Notes: generated from the letters alone by a model not told the origin. DNA of 64,000 bases from Candidatus Daviesbacteria bacterium (GCA_016186955.1 JACPKP010000004.1:142563-206562), one strand, 5' to 3'; counted from the first letter of the stretch, positions 48,354 through 57,876 are shown. Translations and numbers: made by a program.

Positions 48354-49499
48354 ATGGCGGTCATACTCAAAAATATCCCAAAAATTGATGACGTTGAAAC
48401 AACAATCCGGATTTTAAACCATCTGGGTGTCAAAACCCTCCTTACCGGAGACAAGCTTGAAATAGAAGCCCTAACTGTCAAAACACATATCTTACCTTCT
48501 GATTTAATGAGGAAGTTGCGTGGTTCAATAGTTTTAGTGGGTTCAATTCTGGCAAGACAAGGTAAGGCCCAGTTTTCTTTTCCGGGCGGAGATATTGTCG
48601 GCAAAAGAAGCATTGATACACATCTTAAAGGGTTTAGAAACCTTGGGTTTAAAGTGCTGAAAAACGACTTAAATTTTCTGATTTCAAAAGGGACTGGGGA
48701 AAGAGAAGATATTTTCCTGGATGAAGCTTCAGTAACAGCAACAGAAAACTTGATCCTGGCTTCTGTTTTGAGCCAGGGTAAAATTACTCTGAAAAATTGT
48801 GCAACAGAACCTCATGTGACGGACCTATGTCTGATGCTCAATAAAATGGGCGCTGACATTAAAGGGGTTGGGACACACACATTAAATATAAAGGGGGCAA
48901 AAAAATTGAAAGGGACGCAGTTTAAGCTTGGCGCAGATTATCTGGAAATGGGGACTTATGCTGTTGCCGCTGCCATAACAGGAGGAAAAATCGGACTTAA
49001 AAACTGCAGCATCAGAGATCTTGAACCAGTGGTTTACCCTCTTAAAAAAATGGGGATTGAGCTTGAAAAAAATAAGGGGATTATTTATGCATATTCTAAA
49101 AATATTTTATCCATACCAAAGCTGCATACCAATATTTGGCCGGGGTTCCCCACAGACCTGATGAGCGCTCTTATTGTTTTGGCAACCCAAGCCAAAGGTA
49201 TTTCGCTCCTGCATGACTGGATGTATGAAACAAGGATGTTTTTTGTAGATAAACTGGTCAATATGGGCGCTGATATCACTATCTCTGACCCGCACCGGGT
49301 TTTAGTCTACGGCCCGAGTAAACTCTATGGCAGGGAGCTGGAGACACCGGACATCAGGGCCGGTATGGCTTTAGTTCTGGCAGCTCTTATTGCCAAAGGG
49401 GAAAGCGTTATCAACAAAGCTGAACTGATTGACAGAGGCTATGAGGATGTGGAGGGAAAACTCTCTTCCCTGGGCGCAGATATTCAAAAGATAGATTAA
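48354..49499 (+). CDS. murA: UDP-GlcNAc enolpyruvyl transferase, N-terminally truncated
   Basis: PGGD, SVTATEN, PGFPTD, DIRAG; lacks the first ~40 residues with the KN motif. Confidence 0.85.
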   Translation: MAVILKNIPKIDDVETTIRILNHLGVKTLLTGDKLEIEALTVKTHILPSDLMRKLRGSIVLVGSILARQGKAQFSFPGGDIVGKRSIDTHLKGFRNLGFKVLKNDLNFLISKGTGEREDIFLDEASVTATENLILASVLSQGKITLKNCATEPHVTDLCLMLNKMGADIKGVGTHTLNIKGAKKLKGTQFKLGADYLEMGTYAVAAAITGGKIGLKNCSIRDLEPVVYPLKKMGIELEKNKGIIYAYSKNILSIPKLHTNIWPGFPTDLMSALIVLATQAKGISLLHDWMYETRMFFVDKLVNMGADITISDPHRVLVYGPSKLYGRELETPDIRAGMALVLAALIAKGESVINKAELIDRGYEDVEGKLSSLGADIQKID

Positions 49500-49542
49500 T
49501 CATATCTTCTTGTTTCTTACTGCTTGTGGTAAATTACCACTT

Positions 49543-50943
49543 GTGAATATAGAACTTGGCAGACCAAAGGAACATTGCGGAATAGTGGGTATTTATGGGG
49601 TAGAGGATGCCGCCAGGGATGTTTACTTCGGTTTGTTCGCGCTTCAGCATCGGGGCCAGGAAAGCGCCGGCATTAGCTCCGCTTATGGAAAATATATTTT
49701 TACCCGTGCAGACATGGGGTTAATCCCTGCAGTATTTGATGAGGAAGATATCACTAAGTTGGTGGGGGATATGGCAATAGGACACACACGGTACTCTACT
49801 TACGGCGGCTCTAAAAAAGAATATTGCCAACCCGTAAGTTTGGATAAAAATCTGGTTTTGGCACACAACGGCAACTTACCTATCACTAAACCGCTTGAGG
49901 ATTTTTTAGATTCCAAGGGTATTGATTGGAATAATTGTAATGACACTATGCTGATGTATAAAGCAATAAATTACAACCTCAAACGGGGATCAGGGTTATC
50001 TGATGCGGTTGAGCAAATTTACCATTTGGTGGATGGTGTTTATGCCTGTATAGCTATGACCGCAAGGGAGTTTGTTGTTTTCCAGGACCGCTGCGCTATC
50101 AAACCCTTGTGTATGGGTAAGGTAGGAAAATCAGGATATATCTTTGCTTCCGAAACCTGTGCCCTGGACACTATTGGCGCAAAGTTTACGGAAGAGATAA
50201 AACCCGGAGAGATGCTTGTTTTAAAAGATAATAAGATGAGGCGGAAACAGGTGACGGCAGGAGATCTTAAAAGAGACAGTTGGGAATTTGTTTATTTCGC
50301 CAGGCCGGATAGTGTAATGCTTGGAAGAAGTATTGGGATAGTTAGACTCACACTTGGAAAACTTTTGGCACAACAATATCCAACTGACGCAGATATTGTA
50401 ATAGGAGTGCCTAACTCAGGCACTACCGCCTCAATTGGCTATGCCCAGGAGTCCGGTATTCCCTGGCAGGAAGGACTGATTAAAAATAATTATATCGGCA
50501 GAACCTTCATACAACCAAATAAAAGATCAGAGTTGGTAAGATTAAAATTAAATCCAATTGAAGAGATAATTAGCGGAAAAAGAATTGTTTTGGTTGACGA
50601 TTCAATTGTCAGAGGAACAACTACCCCGAAAGTGATTAACATTTTAAGAAATAAAGGCGCCAGAGAAGTACATATGCGCATTCCTGCACCCCCGTATAAA
50701 TGGCCTGATTATTATGGCACTGACACCCCCATACAGGAAGGGTTGATTGCAGCTAAAAATAGCGAAGAGGAAATCCGCAAATTTATTGGCGCAGATTCAT
50801 TAAGGTATCTGTCCTTTGAGGCAACCATCCGGGCTATTGGTTTGCCGGAAAACCAACTTTCTACCTCCTGGTTTACCGGTGTTTACCCAATTCCAATCGG
50901 GGAGTTGGCAAATAATATTAAGGGGCTAAAAACTAATGCTTGA
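49543..50943 (+). CDS. purF: Amidophosphoribosyltransferase
   Basis: EHCGIVG, LQHRGQE, GHTRYST, HNGN, VDDSIVRGTT. Confidence 0.95.
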   Translation: MNIELGRPKEHCGIVGIYGVEDAARDVYFGLFALQHRGQESAGISSAYGKYIFTRADMGLIPAVFDEEDITKLVGDMAIGHTRYSTYGGSKKEYCQPVSLDKNLVLAHNGNLPITKPLEDFLDSKGIDWNNCNDTMLMYKAINYNLKRGSGLSDAVEQIYHLVDGVYACIAMTAREFVVFQDRCAIKPLCMGKVGKSGYIFASETCALDTIGAKFTEEIKPGEMLVLKDNKMRRKQVTAGDLKRDSWEFVYFARPDSVMLGRSIGIVRLTLGKLLAQQYPTDADIVIGVPNSGTTASIGYAQESGIPWQEGLIKNNYIGRTFIQPNKRSELVRLKLNPIEEIISGKRIVLVDDSIVRGTTTPKVINILRNKGAREVHMRIPAPPYKWPDYYGTDTPIQEGLIAAKNSEEEIRKFIGADSLRYLSFEATIRAIGLPENQLSTSWFTGVYPIPIGELANNIKGLKTNA

Positions 50944-51003
50944 CTTGATATCCCCATAATCGTTAAACTAATAAAAGTTTCTAAAAGAGAGGTGGTGATT
51001 TTA

Positions 51004-51330
51004 TTGAACCCAAATAACCCAAATCAAAACGATCCTAATAATCAATCAGGCGACGGAGATCAGCCTATGGCTCAACCGGCTGATGATCAAACACCAGCAG
51101 ATACCGGAACTACCACTCCATCAATGGGTGATACAGCTGCTTCAACTGCAGAAACAACCCCAATGGGAGGAATGGACCAGGGTATGGGAACTATGACAGG
51201 AGACACAACCGGGCAACCGGCTGCTCCAGCTCAAGATACAGGGATGGCAGAAGCGCCGGCTATGGGAGATCAAACTGCACCGGTAGCTGAAAATACCTCA
51301 GGTGGAGACAATTCAGGTCAACCTCAGTAG
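51004..51330 (+). CDS. Low-complexity acidic, likely disordered protein
   Basis: SD-like AGGTGGTGA then TTG; rich in D/Q/T/G/P/M with no K or R. Confidence 0.7.
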   Translation: MNPNNPNQNDPNNQSGDGDQPMAQPADDQTPADTGTTTPSMGDTAASTAETTPMGGMDQGMGTMTGDTTGQPAAPAQDTGMAEAPAMGDQTAPVAENTSGGDNSGQPQ

Positions 51331-51436
51331 AGCAATATCCTGTCTTTTGAATTTGTTTTAGCTAGTCTAACGGCTAGTAATTGGTGTGCAAAAAACACCA
51401 ATGGAGAAATCCATTAACGTTTTTTGTCTGCCCATA

Positions 51437-51511
51437 TGGAGCGGGGGACGGGATTCGCACCCGCGACCTTCTCGTTGGCAACGAGACATTCTACTGCTGA
51501 ACTACCCCCGC
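51437..51511 (-). tRNA. tRNA-Gly(GCC)
   Basis: Cloverleaf; anticodon arm TCTCG-TTGCCAA-CGAGA; encoded CCA; atypical T-loop TGCGAAT. Confidence 0.93.
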
Positions 51512-51522
51512 AATACACACAA

Positions 51523-52680
51523 TTATATAAGATTGGTCAGCAGATTAGCAAACTGCCTTACAGCCCGGTCTGCCTCAAAAATATCACCCAAGCTTGGGCT
51601 ATATTTTGGGGTGTGTTTTGCTAAAACATTTTCTACCACTTCAGGGATTTTGTAAAAGGGCAGCATGCCATTTAAAAAAGCTTCCACTGCAATATCATTG
51701 GCGACGTTTAATACTGCCGGGTACGTTCCTCCTGATTTAGCAGATTCAATAGCCAGCCTTAAACAGCGGAATGTCTCAGTATCCGGCTCTTCAAATGATA
51801 GTGTCGGGTAGTCAGCAAAAGATAATTTCCTGAAATTATTTTGGATTCTCCTACCCGGGTATAACAGGGCATATTGGATAGGCAAGCGCATGTCAGGAGC
51901 TCCCATTTGTGCAATCACCGACCCATCAACAAACTCCACTGCAGAATGTATGACTGATTGTGGATGGATTATTATGTTTATCTGATCCATGGGTAAACCG
52001 AACAACCAGTGCGCTTCTATCGCCTCAAACCCTTTATTCATTAAGGTCGCGCTGTCAACTGTGATTTTTTTGCCCATCTTCCAATTTGGATGGTTTAATG
52101 CATCCTGTAAGGTCACACTTTTGAGTTGCTCCGTATTTAATCCACGAAACGGGCCGCCGGAACAAGTCAGATAAATTTTACTTACTTGTTCAATGCAATG
52201 GTTTTGGAGGCATTGGAAAATGGCAGAGTGTTCAGAGTCTATCGGTAAAATTTGTGCCTTTGCTTTTTCTGCTGCATCCATAACAACATTGCCTGCTGCA
52301 ACCAAAACCTCTTTTGTGGCTAAAGCTACCTTTTTTTTAGCCTCAATTGCTGCAATAGTAGGTATTATCCCCGGTAAACCAGGTGTCGCTACTACAACCC
52401 TATCAACCTTCTCTGAGGTAGCAGCCAAAACATTACCAAAATCGCCCCAATAAATTAATTCATACCCGTCAAACATCTGATTTAAAATTTTGGCAGAATT
52501 TTTATTCTTTACAGAAACTAAAGCCGGGGAAAACTGTTTAATTTGTTCTGATAACAATTTGGTGTTTGAGCCGGCAGTCAGGGCATAAGCCCTTAAAGAA
52601 TCTTTATGTTGTTTTATAACTTCCAGGGCTTGGGAGCCAATTGAACCGGTAGAACCCAAAATTGCAATGTTTTCCTTCAT
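51523..52680 (-). CDS. dxr: 1-deoxy-D-xylulose-5-phosphate reductoisomerase
   Basis: LGSTGSIG, PIDSEH, HPNWKMGKKITVDSATLMNKG; start ATG 52680. Confidence 0.96.
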   Translation of the reverse strand: MKENIAILGSTGSIGSQALEVIKQHKDSLRAYALTAGSNTKLLSEQIKQFSPALVSVKNKNSAKILNQMFDGYELIYWGDFGNVLAATSEKVDRVVVATPGLPGIIPTIAAIEAKKKVALATKEVLVAAGNVVMDAAEKAKAQILPIDSEHSAIFQCLQNHCIEQVSKIYLTCSGGPFRGLNTEQLKSVTLQDALNHPNWKMGKKITVDSATLMNKGFEAIEAHWLFGLPMDQINIIIHPQSVIHSAVEFVDGSVIAQMGAPDMRLPIQYALLYPGRRIQNNFRKLSFADYPTLSFEEPDTETFRCLRLAIESAKSGGTYPAVLNVANDIAVEAFLNGMLPFYKIPEVVENVLAKHTPKYSPSLGDIFEADRAVRQFANLLTNLI

Positions 52681-52701
52681 TTTTGTATAATAGCAGATAC
52701 A

Positions 52702-52774
52702 GCCGCAATTGCCAACGTGGTCAAGGCGGGCGCCTGAAGAGCGTCTTATCTCAGTCCGATTCTGGGTTGCGGCA
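52702..52774 (+). tRNA. tRNA-Phe(GAA)
   Basis: Acceptor GCCGCAA/TTGCGGC; anticodon arm GGCGC-CTGAAGA-GCGTC; atypical T-loop TCCGATT. Confidence 0.88.
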
Positions 52775-52836
52775 CCGAGCACCTGCGAGGTGCAAAAAAC
52801 CAGATCAAGGTTCTGACGCGAAGCGTCATGGTTCTT

Positions 52837-52853
52837 ATTCTGGGTTGCGGCAC
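52837..52853 (+). repeat. 17-bp duplication of the tRNA-Phe 3' end (att-like)
   Basis: ATTCTGGGTTGCGGCAC equals 52759-52775. Confidence 0.88.
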
Positions 52854-52857
52854 AAAT

Positions 52858-53988
52858 TTAATCTTTTACAAGCATATAACCCAATTTCTTATGGCTTTCT
52901 ATCCCATATCCTGAAGAGATAAATCCGGGATTTTTTCTCAGCCTGTAAATTAAAGCATCCAGCGCCCAATCCGAAACCTCGGAAGAATCCTCCCAAACAG
53001 CATTAAAAATGTTTTCTTTAGAAACAAGCACTCCCTGATTATGCCTTAGGAGCCTGAAAAGTTTTGCCTCTTTTACCGGGAGCTTTAAAGGAGAAGCTGA
53101 CTGAATATATTCCGACAGAAGCGGGCTAAAAATTTCATACCCTCTGTTTTTTTTAATAACCATCCCCACATTTGATAGGTATTCATCAATATTATCTGAA
53201 ACCTTACCTGATGCAATTTTTTGCAGCTGCTTTTTTTGCCTGTAATTTAAGCTTTCATAAATTTCCCTCATCTGTAATTTTACAAAATGGTCAAGCAGAA
53301 GATTTTCACCTTTTTCGGACTTTGCAAGAATCTGGTAAAGCTGGCTGTGGCCGCCGGAAAGTTTTAAAAGAGTATCTTGTCTTTTCCTTTCCGCCGGGGT
53401 AAGGAGTTTAATCTTTAAAAGTTTCTCCATATCCTCACTGGAATAAGGCTTTAGGTAAATATATTTTGAGACAAGGTTTAAGTTGGTTCCGGAAATTGCT
53501 TCAGGAGCTATCTCGTACAGGGGTTTGATTGAAGTCAGGATTACCACAATCCTATGGGGATCTACATTCCTCAATGTCCTTAAGTTGGCAAAAAAATTCT
53601 TGTCAAACTCTTTTTCAAGCTGGTCGAAACGGTTAAACACAATGACAATTTTGTTGTGTTTCCGCACAAGCTCTTCAAGCCTCTTTCTGCACAAGTCCAG
53701 CAGCTCCTGTTCATTTTCTTTCTCCGTTTCCTGACCCATCTCTTTGAGTAAAGCCTTATAAAAATCCTCCTTGGTTAAATTGGCAAGGGTGTACATGTCA
53801 ACAAAGATAAAATAGGCCGGGTATTTCATCGCCAAAAAACGAAGCAAAAAAGAGACCCCCACACCAGTCATCGCTATGGTTGTAAAGGTTATCCCGCTAT
53901 CAATCAGGTCGCTGATTTTACTGAAATTCTCCCGGCAAAATTGGGGGTCAAGTTGTCCCTCTTTAAATTTGTATTTTGGATTAAGCAT
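52858..53988 (-). CDS. Degenerate P-loop ATPase plus C-terminal OmpR-type wHTH regulator
   Basis: Walker-A-like AMTGVGVS; C-terminal VSKENIFNAVW...LDALIYRLRK...GY. Confidence 0.75.
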   Translation of the reverse strand: MLNPKYKFKEGQLDPQFCRENFSKISDLIDSGITFTTIAMTGVGVSFLLRFLAMKYPAYFIFVDMYTLANLTKEDFYKALLKEMGQETEKENEQELLDLCRKRLEELVRKHNKIVIVFNRFDQLEKEFDKNFFANLRTLRNVDPHRIVVILTSIKPLYEIAPEAISGTNLNLVSKYIYLKPYSSEDMEKLLKIKLLTPAERKRQDTLLKLSGGHSQLYQILAKSEKGENLLLDHFVKLQMREIYESLNYRQKKQLQKIASGKVSDNIDEYLSNVGMVIKKNRGYEIFSPLLSEYIQSASPLKLPVKEAKLFRLLRHNQGVLVSKENIFNAVWEDSSEVSDWALDALIYRLRKNPGFISSGYGIESHKKLGYMLVKD

Positions 53989-54054
53989 AGATACGTCAGG
54001 ATTATATCAGTTTTTTATCAAGCTGTCAAATAATTTTTGGGTTATAGTTTTAAC

Positions 54055-54450
54055 ATGATCGAAAAAGATAGTAAAAACACGTCTGAGTTTGTTGGAAATT
54101 TACCACTGCTTATAGACCGGTACCGTGATACAAGGGCTGGTGACACTTATGTGGAACCTGTAAGCTACAGCGAGCAGTTTTTGGTCTCGGAAAAATTTAC
54201 CCAAAGGCAAATTGAGGTTTTAGCAGAATTTATAACATCCAAACGCTTAGAGCCTGTTTTGATTAAAGTATCAACTATACACACATACAATGAATTCAGG
54301 GAACCTTCATACTGGGCTTCCCTCGTTATAAGCTGCAAAGATGAAAAAAATTTCCATGAGCTGATAAAAAAACATAACAGTAAAGAGGCTGATTATGACA
54401 GCTGGTTAAAACCGGGGGGTTGGATCCAGCAGGATGATCTTGGGAGGTGA
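54055..54450 (+). CDS. Hypothetical protein
   Basis: ORF heading a co-oriented cluster. Confidence 0.65.
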   Translation: MIEKDSKNTSEFVGNLPLLIDRYRDTRAGDTYVEPVSYSEQFLVSEKFTQRQIEVLAEFITSKRLEPVLIKVSTIHTYNEFREPSYWASLVISCKDEKNFHELIKKHNSKEADYDSWLKPGGWIQQDDLGR

Positions 54451-54457
54451 AATTTTT

Positions 54458-54655
54458 ATGAAGGAGACAGAAATTCTAGTATTGGAAAAAGGCTCAAGTT
54501 GGGAAAAGATGGATAATGAAAGTCTGCACCTTTGGATTGATGCCTTAAATTTGACAATTGAACATATAGAAAAGATTTTAGAGGGCAGGGAAAGAAAGAC
54601 AAAGCCTAACCCGGTGTTTGCAGACAGGCGTTATTTTTTCCATTGTGATGATTAA
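54458..54655 (+). CDS. Small hypothetical protein
   Basis: SD GGAGGTGA before ATG. Confidence 0.6.
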   Translation: MKETEILVLEKGSSWEKMDNESLHLWIDALNLTIEHIEKILEGRERKTKPNPVFADRRYFFHCDD

Positions 54656-54671
54656 AAATTAGTTTAAAATT

Positions 54672-55340
54672 ATGGAAAATATTAATTTTGATCTTTACTT
54701 AATCAGGCACGGGGAATCTGAGGCAAACCGCAAAAAAAATATTATATGCGGCAGGAGTCCTAATGCCCCCTTAACCCGTAAAGGCAGGCTTCAGGCTAAA
54801 AGTCTTGGCCAAAGGCTGGCCGGGGAAGGCATAAAATTTGACAAAGTTTTTTCTTCCCCGTTTGTCAGGGCTCTTGACACATGCGATCTGGCAGTTGAAC
54901 CCACGGGGTTCCGGCCTGATCGGGTAATAATAGATGATGCGCTTGTGGAGATGAGCCAGGGAGAATGGGAAGGAAGGATCAGAGAACAAGTTTATATTAA
55001 GGATGTCCTGATTGATATGAACAGCCAGGGTAAGTTTTTCCTGCCGGAGGGGGGAGAATCACAAAGGCTGATAGAAAGAAGGGCTTCCAACTGGTTTGAA
55101 GACAATATTTTATACAACAGTGAGTTTTATGATGGCGTTCATAGGACATTCGCTGTTTTTACCCACACACAGTGGGTTCGGGCATTCCTTCATTACGTTA
55201 TGGGGTTTAACGACAGGCTTATCCATAAGATCGCCATAGATAATGCCTCCTTAACCAGACTGTACTTTGATAAATCAGGTTGGGGAATAGGCCCGCAGTT
55301 TAACGACACATCACATCTAAAAATAGAAGAACCTAAATGA
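54672..55340 (+). CDS. Histidine phosphatase family protein
   Basis: LIRHGES, SSPFVRA, GGES, FTH. Confidence 0.9.
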   Translation: MENINFDLYLIRHGESEANRKKNIICGRSPNAPLTRKGRLQAKSLGQRLAGEGIKFDKVFSSPFVRALDTCDLAVEPTGFRPDRVIIDDALVEMSQGEWEGRIREQVYIKDVLIDMNSQGKFFLPEGGESQRLIERRASNWFEDNILYNSEFYDGVHRTFAVFTHTQWVRAFLHYVMGFNDRLIHKIAIDNASLTRLYFDKSGWGIGPQFNDTSHLKIEEPK

Positions 55341-55353
55341 AGGGGGGTGAAAT

Positions 55354-55764
55354 ATGAATATTGAAAAAAAAGACAACGACATGAAAACTTCGGAATGGTT
55401 TGTGAAATATCTGCAAAGCCATGAGAATTATTGCATGGAAGATGACATACTTGAAGAAATATTGACAATGGAGGAAGAGGGTGTAGAGGATTTGGTGGCT
55501 GTTGTAAATGATAAAAAAGCACGGGGAATTTTCAGGGCTGCTGCAATAGACAGACTCTCACACCTGATACGGGATACTCAAAAAGAGCGCTTTTTGGATA
55601 TCTTGAGGATCAACTGTGATAAAGATACCGAGCACATTGACGAAGTAAGGGAGCATTGTTTCGGATGGAGATATTACCTGGAAGAAGATAAGCAGTCCTT
55701 GAATCAGGAGGCTTTGAAGGATCCTAATTTCAACATACAGTGGTTGGGAACTTTTGAGGATTAG
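55354..55764 (+). CDS. Hypothetical protein
   Basis: SD-like GGGGGTGA; acidic helical ORF. Confidence 0.62.
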   Translation: MNIEKKDNDMKTSEWFVKYLQSHENYCMEDDILEEILTMEEEGVEDLVAVVNDKKARGIFRAAAIDRLSHLIRDTQKERFLDILRINCDKDTEHIDEVREHCFGWRYYLEEDKQSLNQEALKDPNFNIQWLGTFED

Positions 55765-55812
55765 GTCAAAAAGTGTGGTAATATCCCATTAGAGTCAATA
55801 ATTTGATAATTT

Positions 55813-56451
55813 ATGCTTCATGAAAATACAGAACTGACAATATATCTGATCAGGCATGGGGAGTCTGAGGCAAACCTTAGGGCAGACAGTTTTGGAAACA
55901 AGTTAACACCGCTGACCAAAAAAGGGCAAAGGCAGGCAATCAGACTGGGCAAACTACTCAAAAAAGAGGGTGTTATATTTGATAAGGTTTACAGCTCCCC
56001 GTTGCCCAGAAGCCTGCAAACCTGCCAACTGGTGGTAGGAGAGCTCGGTTACCCTTTTGACCAGGTAGTCCAGGTTCAGGCGCTAGAGGAGATTGATGCG
56101 GGTATCTGGGAGGGAAAAATCAGGGATGATGTTCTGACACCGGAGATAGCATTGCGGATGAGCAGAAAAGGGGACCTGTTTGCCCCGGTAAATGGTGAAT
56201 CATGGAGAATGGTCAGAAGGCGTATTGCCAACTGGTTTGATGATGAGATACTTTATAATCCAGCCTATCTCACAAAACGTCAAACCTTAGGGGTGTTTGG
56301 TCATGCAACTGCAGACAAACTGCTGCTTCAAGATTTGATTAATTTTGATACTGCTTTTTTAAATAAAATGCATTTCGGGAATACAGGGTATATTAAGCTT
56401 TTTTTAAATAAGGACGGTATATCCATCCATAAATTTATCTCCCACCCCTAA
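55813..56451 (+). CDS. Histidine phosphatase family protein (paralog)
   Basis: LIRHGES, SSPLPRS, NGES, FGH. Confidence 0.9.
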   Translation: MLHENTELTIYLIRHGESEANLRADSFGNKLTPLTKKGQRQAIRLGKLLKKEGVIFDKVYSSPLPRSLQTCQLVVGELGYPFDQVVQVQALEEIDAGIWEGKIRDDVLTPEIALRMSRKGDLFAPVNGESWRMVRRRIANWFDDEILYNPAYLTKRQTLGVFGHATADKLLLQDLINFDTAFLNKMHFGNTGYIKLFLNKDGISIHKFISHP

Positions 56452-56657
56452 AAGTTAAAATTTGCAAGCTTGAATAGGGTTAGCAAAAGGATCGCTGCAA
56501 CAAATGCCGTTGTGACAGGAAAATAGAGCCTGAACCCGAACTTATCAACTATCATATCCCAGGGAAATCTGGGAAGATTGGGCTCAAAATTAAAAATTAA
56601 GGTCAAAATCCCGAATGTGCCTATTAAAATATATATCCCATGCAAAATAGCAGTCAC
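56448..56657 (-). CDS. DUF2905-like small membrane protein
   Basis: LPRFPWD...LYFPVTT; GTG 56657. Confidence 0.6.
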   Translation of the reverse strand: MTAILHGIYILIGTFGILTLIFNFEPNLPRFPWDMIVDKFGFRLYFPVTTAFVAAILLLTLFKLANFNF

Positions 56658-56664
56658 ACCTAAA

Positions 56665-57876
56665 TCATACCAAATCTTTTTTAACAATTTCATTAGGTAA
56701 AGTTGTTTTAAAACTCCCGATTTTAACCCCAGGGTAGACAGAGGTGTTGATACCAAGCTTTACACCATCTCCGATAACTGCCCCAAATTTATTCCTGCCG
56801 GTATCAGTCAGTTCATTATTTATCATCATTTTGATATTTTTAAAATCATGCCTTAAATTGGCAACTTTGGAGCCTGCACCAAAGTTTGTTGTATTCCCGA
56901 TAATGCTGTCACCAACGTATGATTGGTGCCTTAAACTGACATCATTACCCAAGCTGGACCTGACAACCTCCGAACCGTTTCCCACAAAACAATTATTTCC
57001 AAGCGCCGCAAAACCCTTAAGGTAGCAGTTTGGCCCGATAACACAGTTTTCCCCGATATAAAAATTTCCCTCAAGGTATGCGCCACTCTTGATAATTGAA
57101 CCTTTTCCTAAAAAAATTTTACCTTTTATTGTGACGCCTTTTTCCACCTTGCCCAATATTAAACTCTTTTTCATGCCTGAAAATAGTTTTTGTGTAGCTT
57201 CCAGAATTTGCCAGGGGTAGCTGATTGGGATTGAACCCATGTCATTTCGGATAATCTTAATAAACCGGTCTTTGGCATACAAATTGATCAGGTCTGTTAC
57301 TTCAAATTCACCCCTTTTGGATAATTTAATTTTTGGGCAGTATTGAAAAATTTTGCTGCCAACAAAGTAAAAACCGGTGTTGGCCAGGTTGCTGATAAAT
57401 TTTTTGGGCTTTTCTACAATTTCTGTTAACCTGCCGTTGTTTGATTTTACCGCACCTACACTGCTGCAATCCTCCTGGCGCCTGCAAATCAGAAAATCCT
57501 TACCCAAAAAGCTCTTTTGGAAGAGTTCCTTGGAATAGATATCATCACCGTTGATAATTACCAGCCTGCTGCCCCCAATAACATCTTTCACTAAGCCCAG
57601 TGCAACTGCATTACCATTTAATTTTTTCTGGGTGACATATTTTATGGGGACGCCTTTGTAAGATTTTCCAAAATAATCCCTGATCAGGCTTTCTAAATGT
57701 CCCACAACCATAACTATTTCCGAAATATACCTGTATGCATTCTCCATGTTCCATTCAAGGATTAGTTTACCGGCAATTTTAATCAGGGGTTTGGGGGTGG
57801 TATTTGTTAAAGGCTGAAGCCTGGTGCCTTTTCCTGCAGCCAGGATAATCAGAGACGGTTTATCCATAATTTCCAT
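56665..57876 (-). CDS. glmU: Bifunctional sugar-1-phosphate nucleotidyltransferase/acetyltransferase (archaeal GlmU-like)
   Basis: LAAGKGTRLQPLT...PKPL; hexapeptide repeats; ANLRHD; downstream of glmS. Confidence 0.85.
   Translation of the reverse strand: MEIMDKPSLIILAAGKGTRLQPLTNTTPKPLIKIAGKLILEWNMENAYRYISEIVMVVGHLESLIRDYFGKSYKGVPIKYVTQKKLNGNAVALGLVKDVIGGSRLVIINGDDIYSKELFQKSFLGKDFLICRRQEDCSSVGAVKSNNGRLTEIVEKPKKFISNLANTGFYFVGSKIFQYCPKIKLSKRGEFEVTDLINLYAKDRFIKIIRNDMGSIPISYPWQILEATQKLFSGMKKSLILGKVEKGVTIKGKIFLGKGSIIKSGAYLEGNFYIGENCVIGPNCYLKGFAALGNNCFVGNGSEVVRSSLGNDVSLRHQSYVGDSIIGNTTNFGAGSKVANLRHDFKNIKMMINNELTDTGRNKFGAVIGDGVKLGINTSVYPGVKIGSFKTTLPNEIVKKDLV

Noticed and set aside
51386-51655. ORFs overlapping tRNA-Gly (also 52662-52922 and 60075-60314)
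   Set aside because: Shadow frames over tRNA genes.
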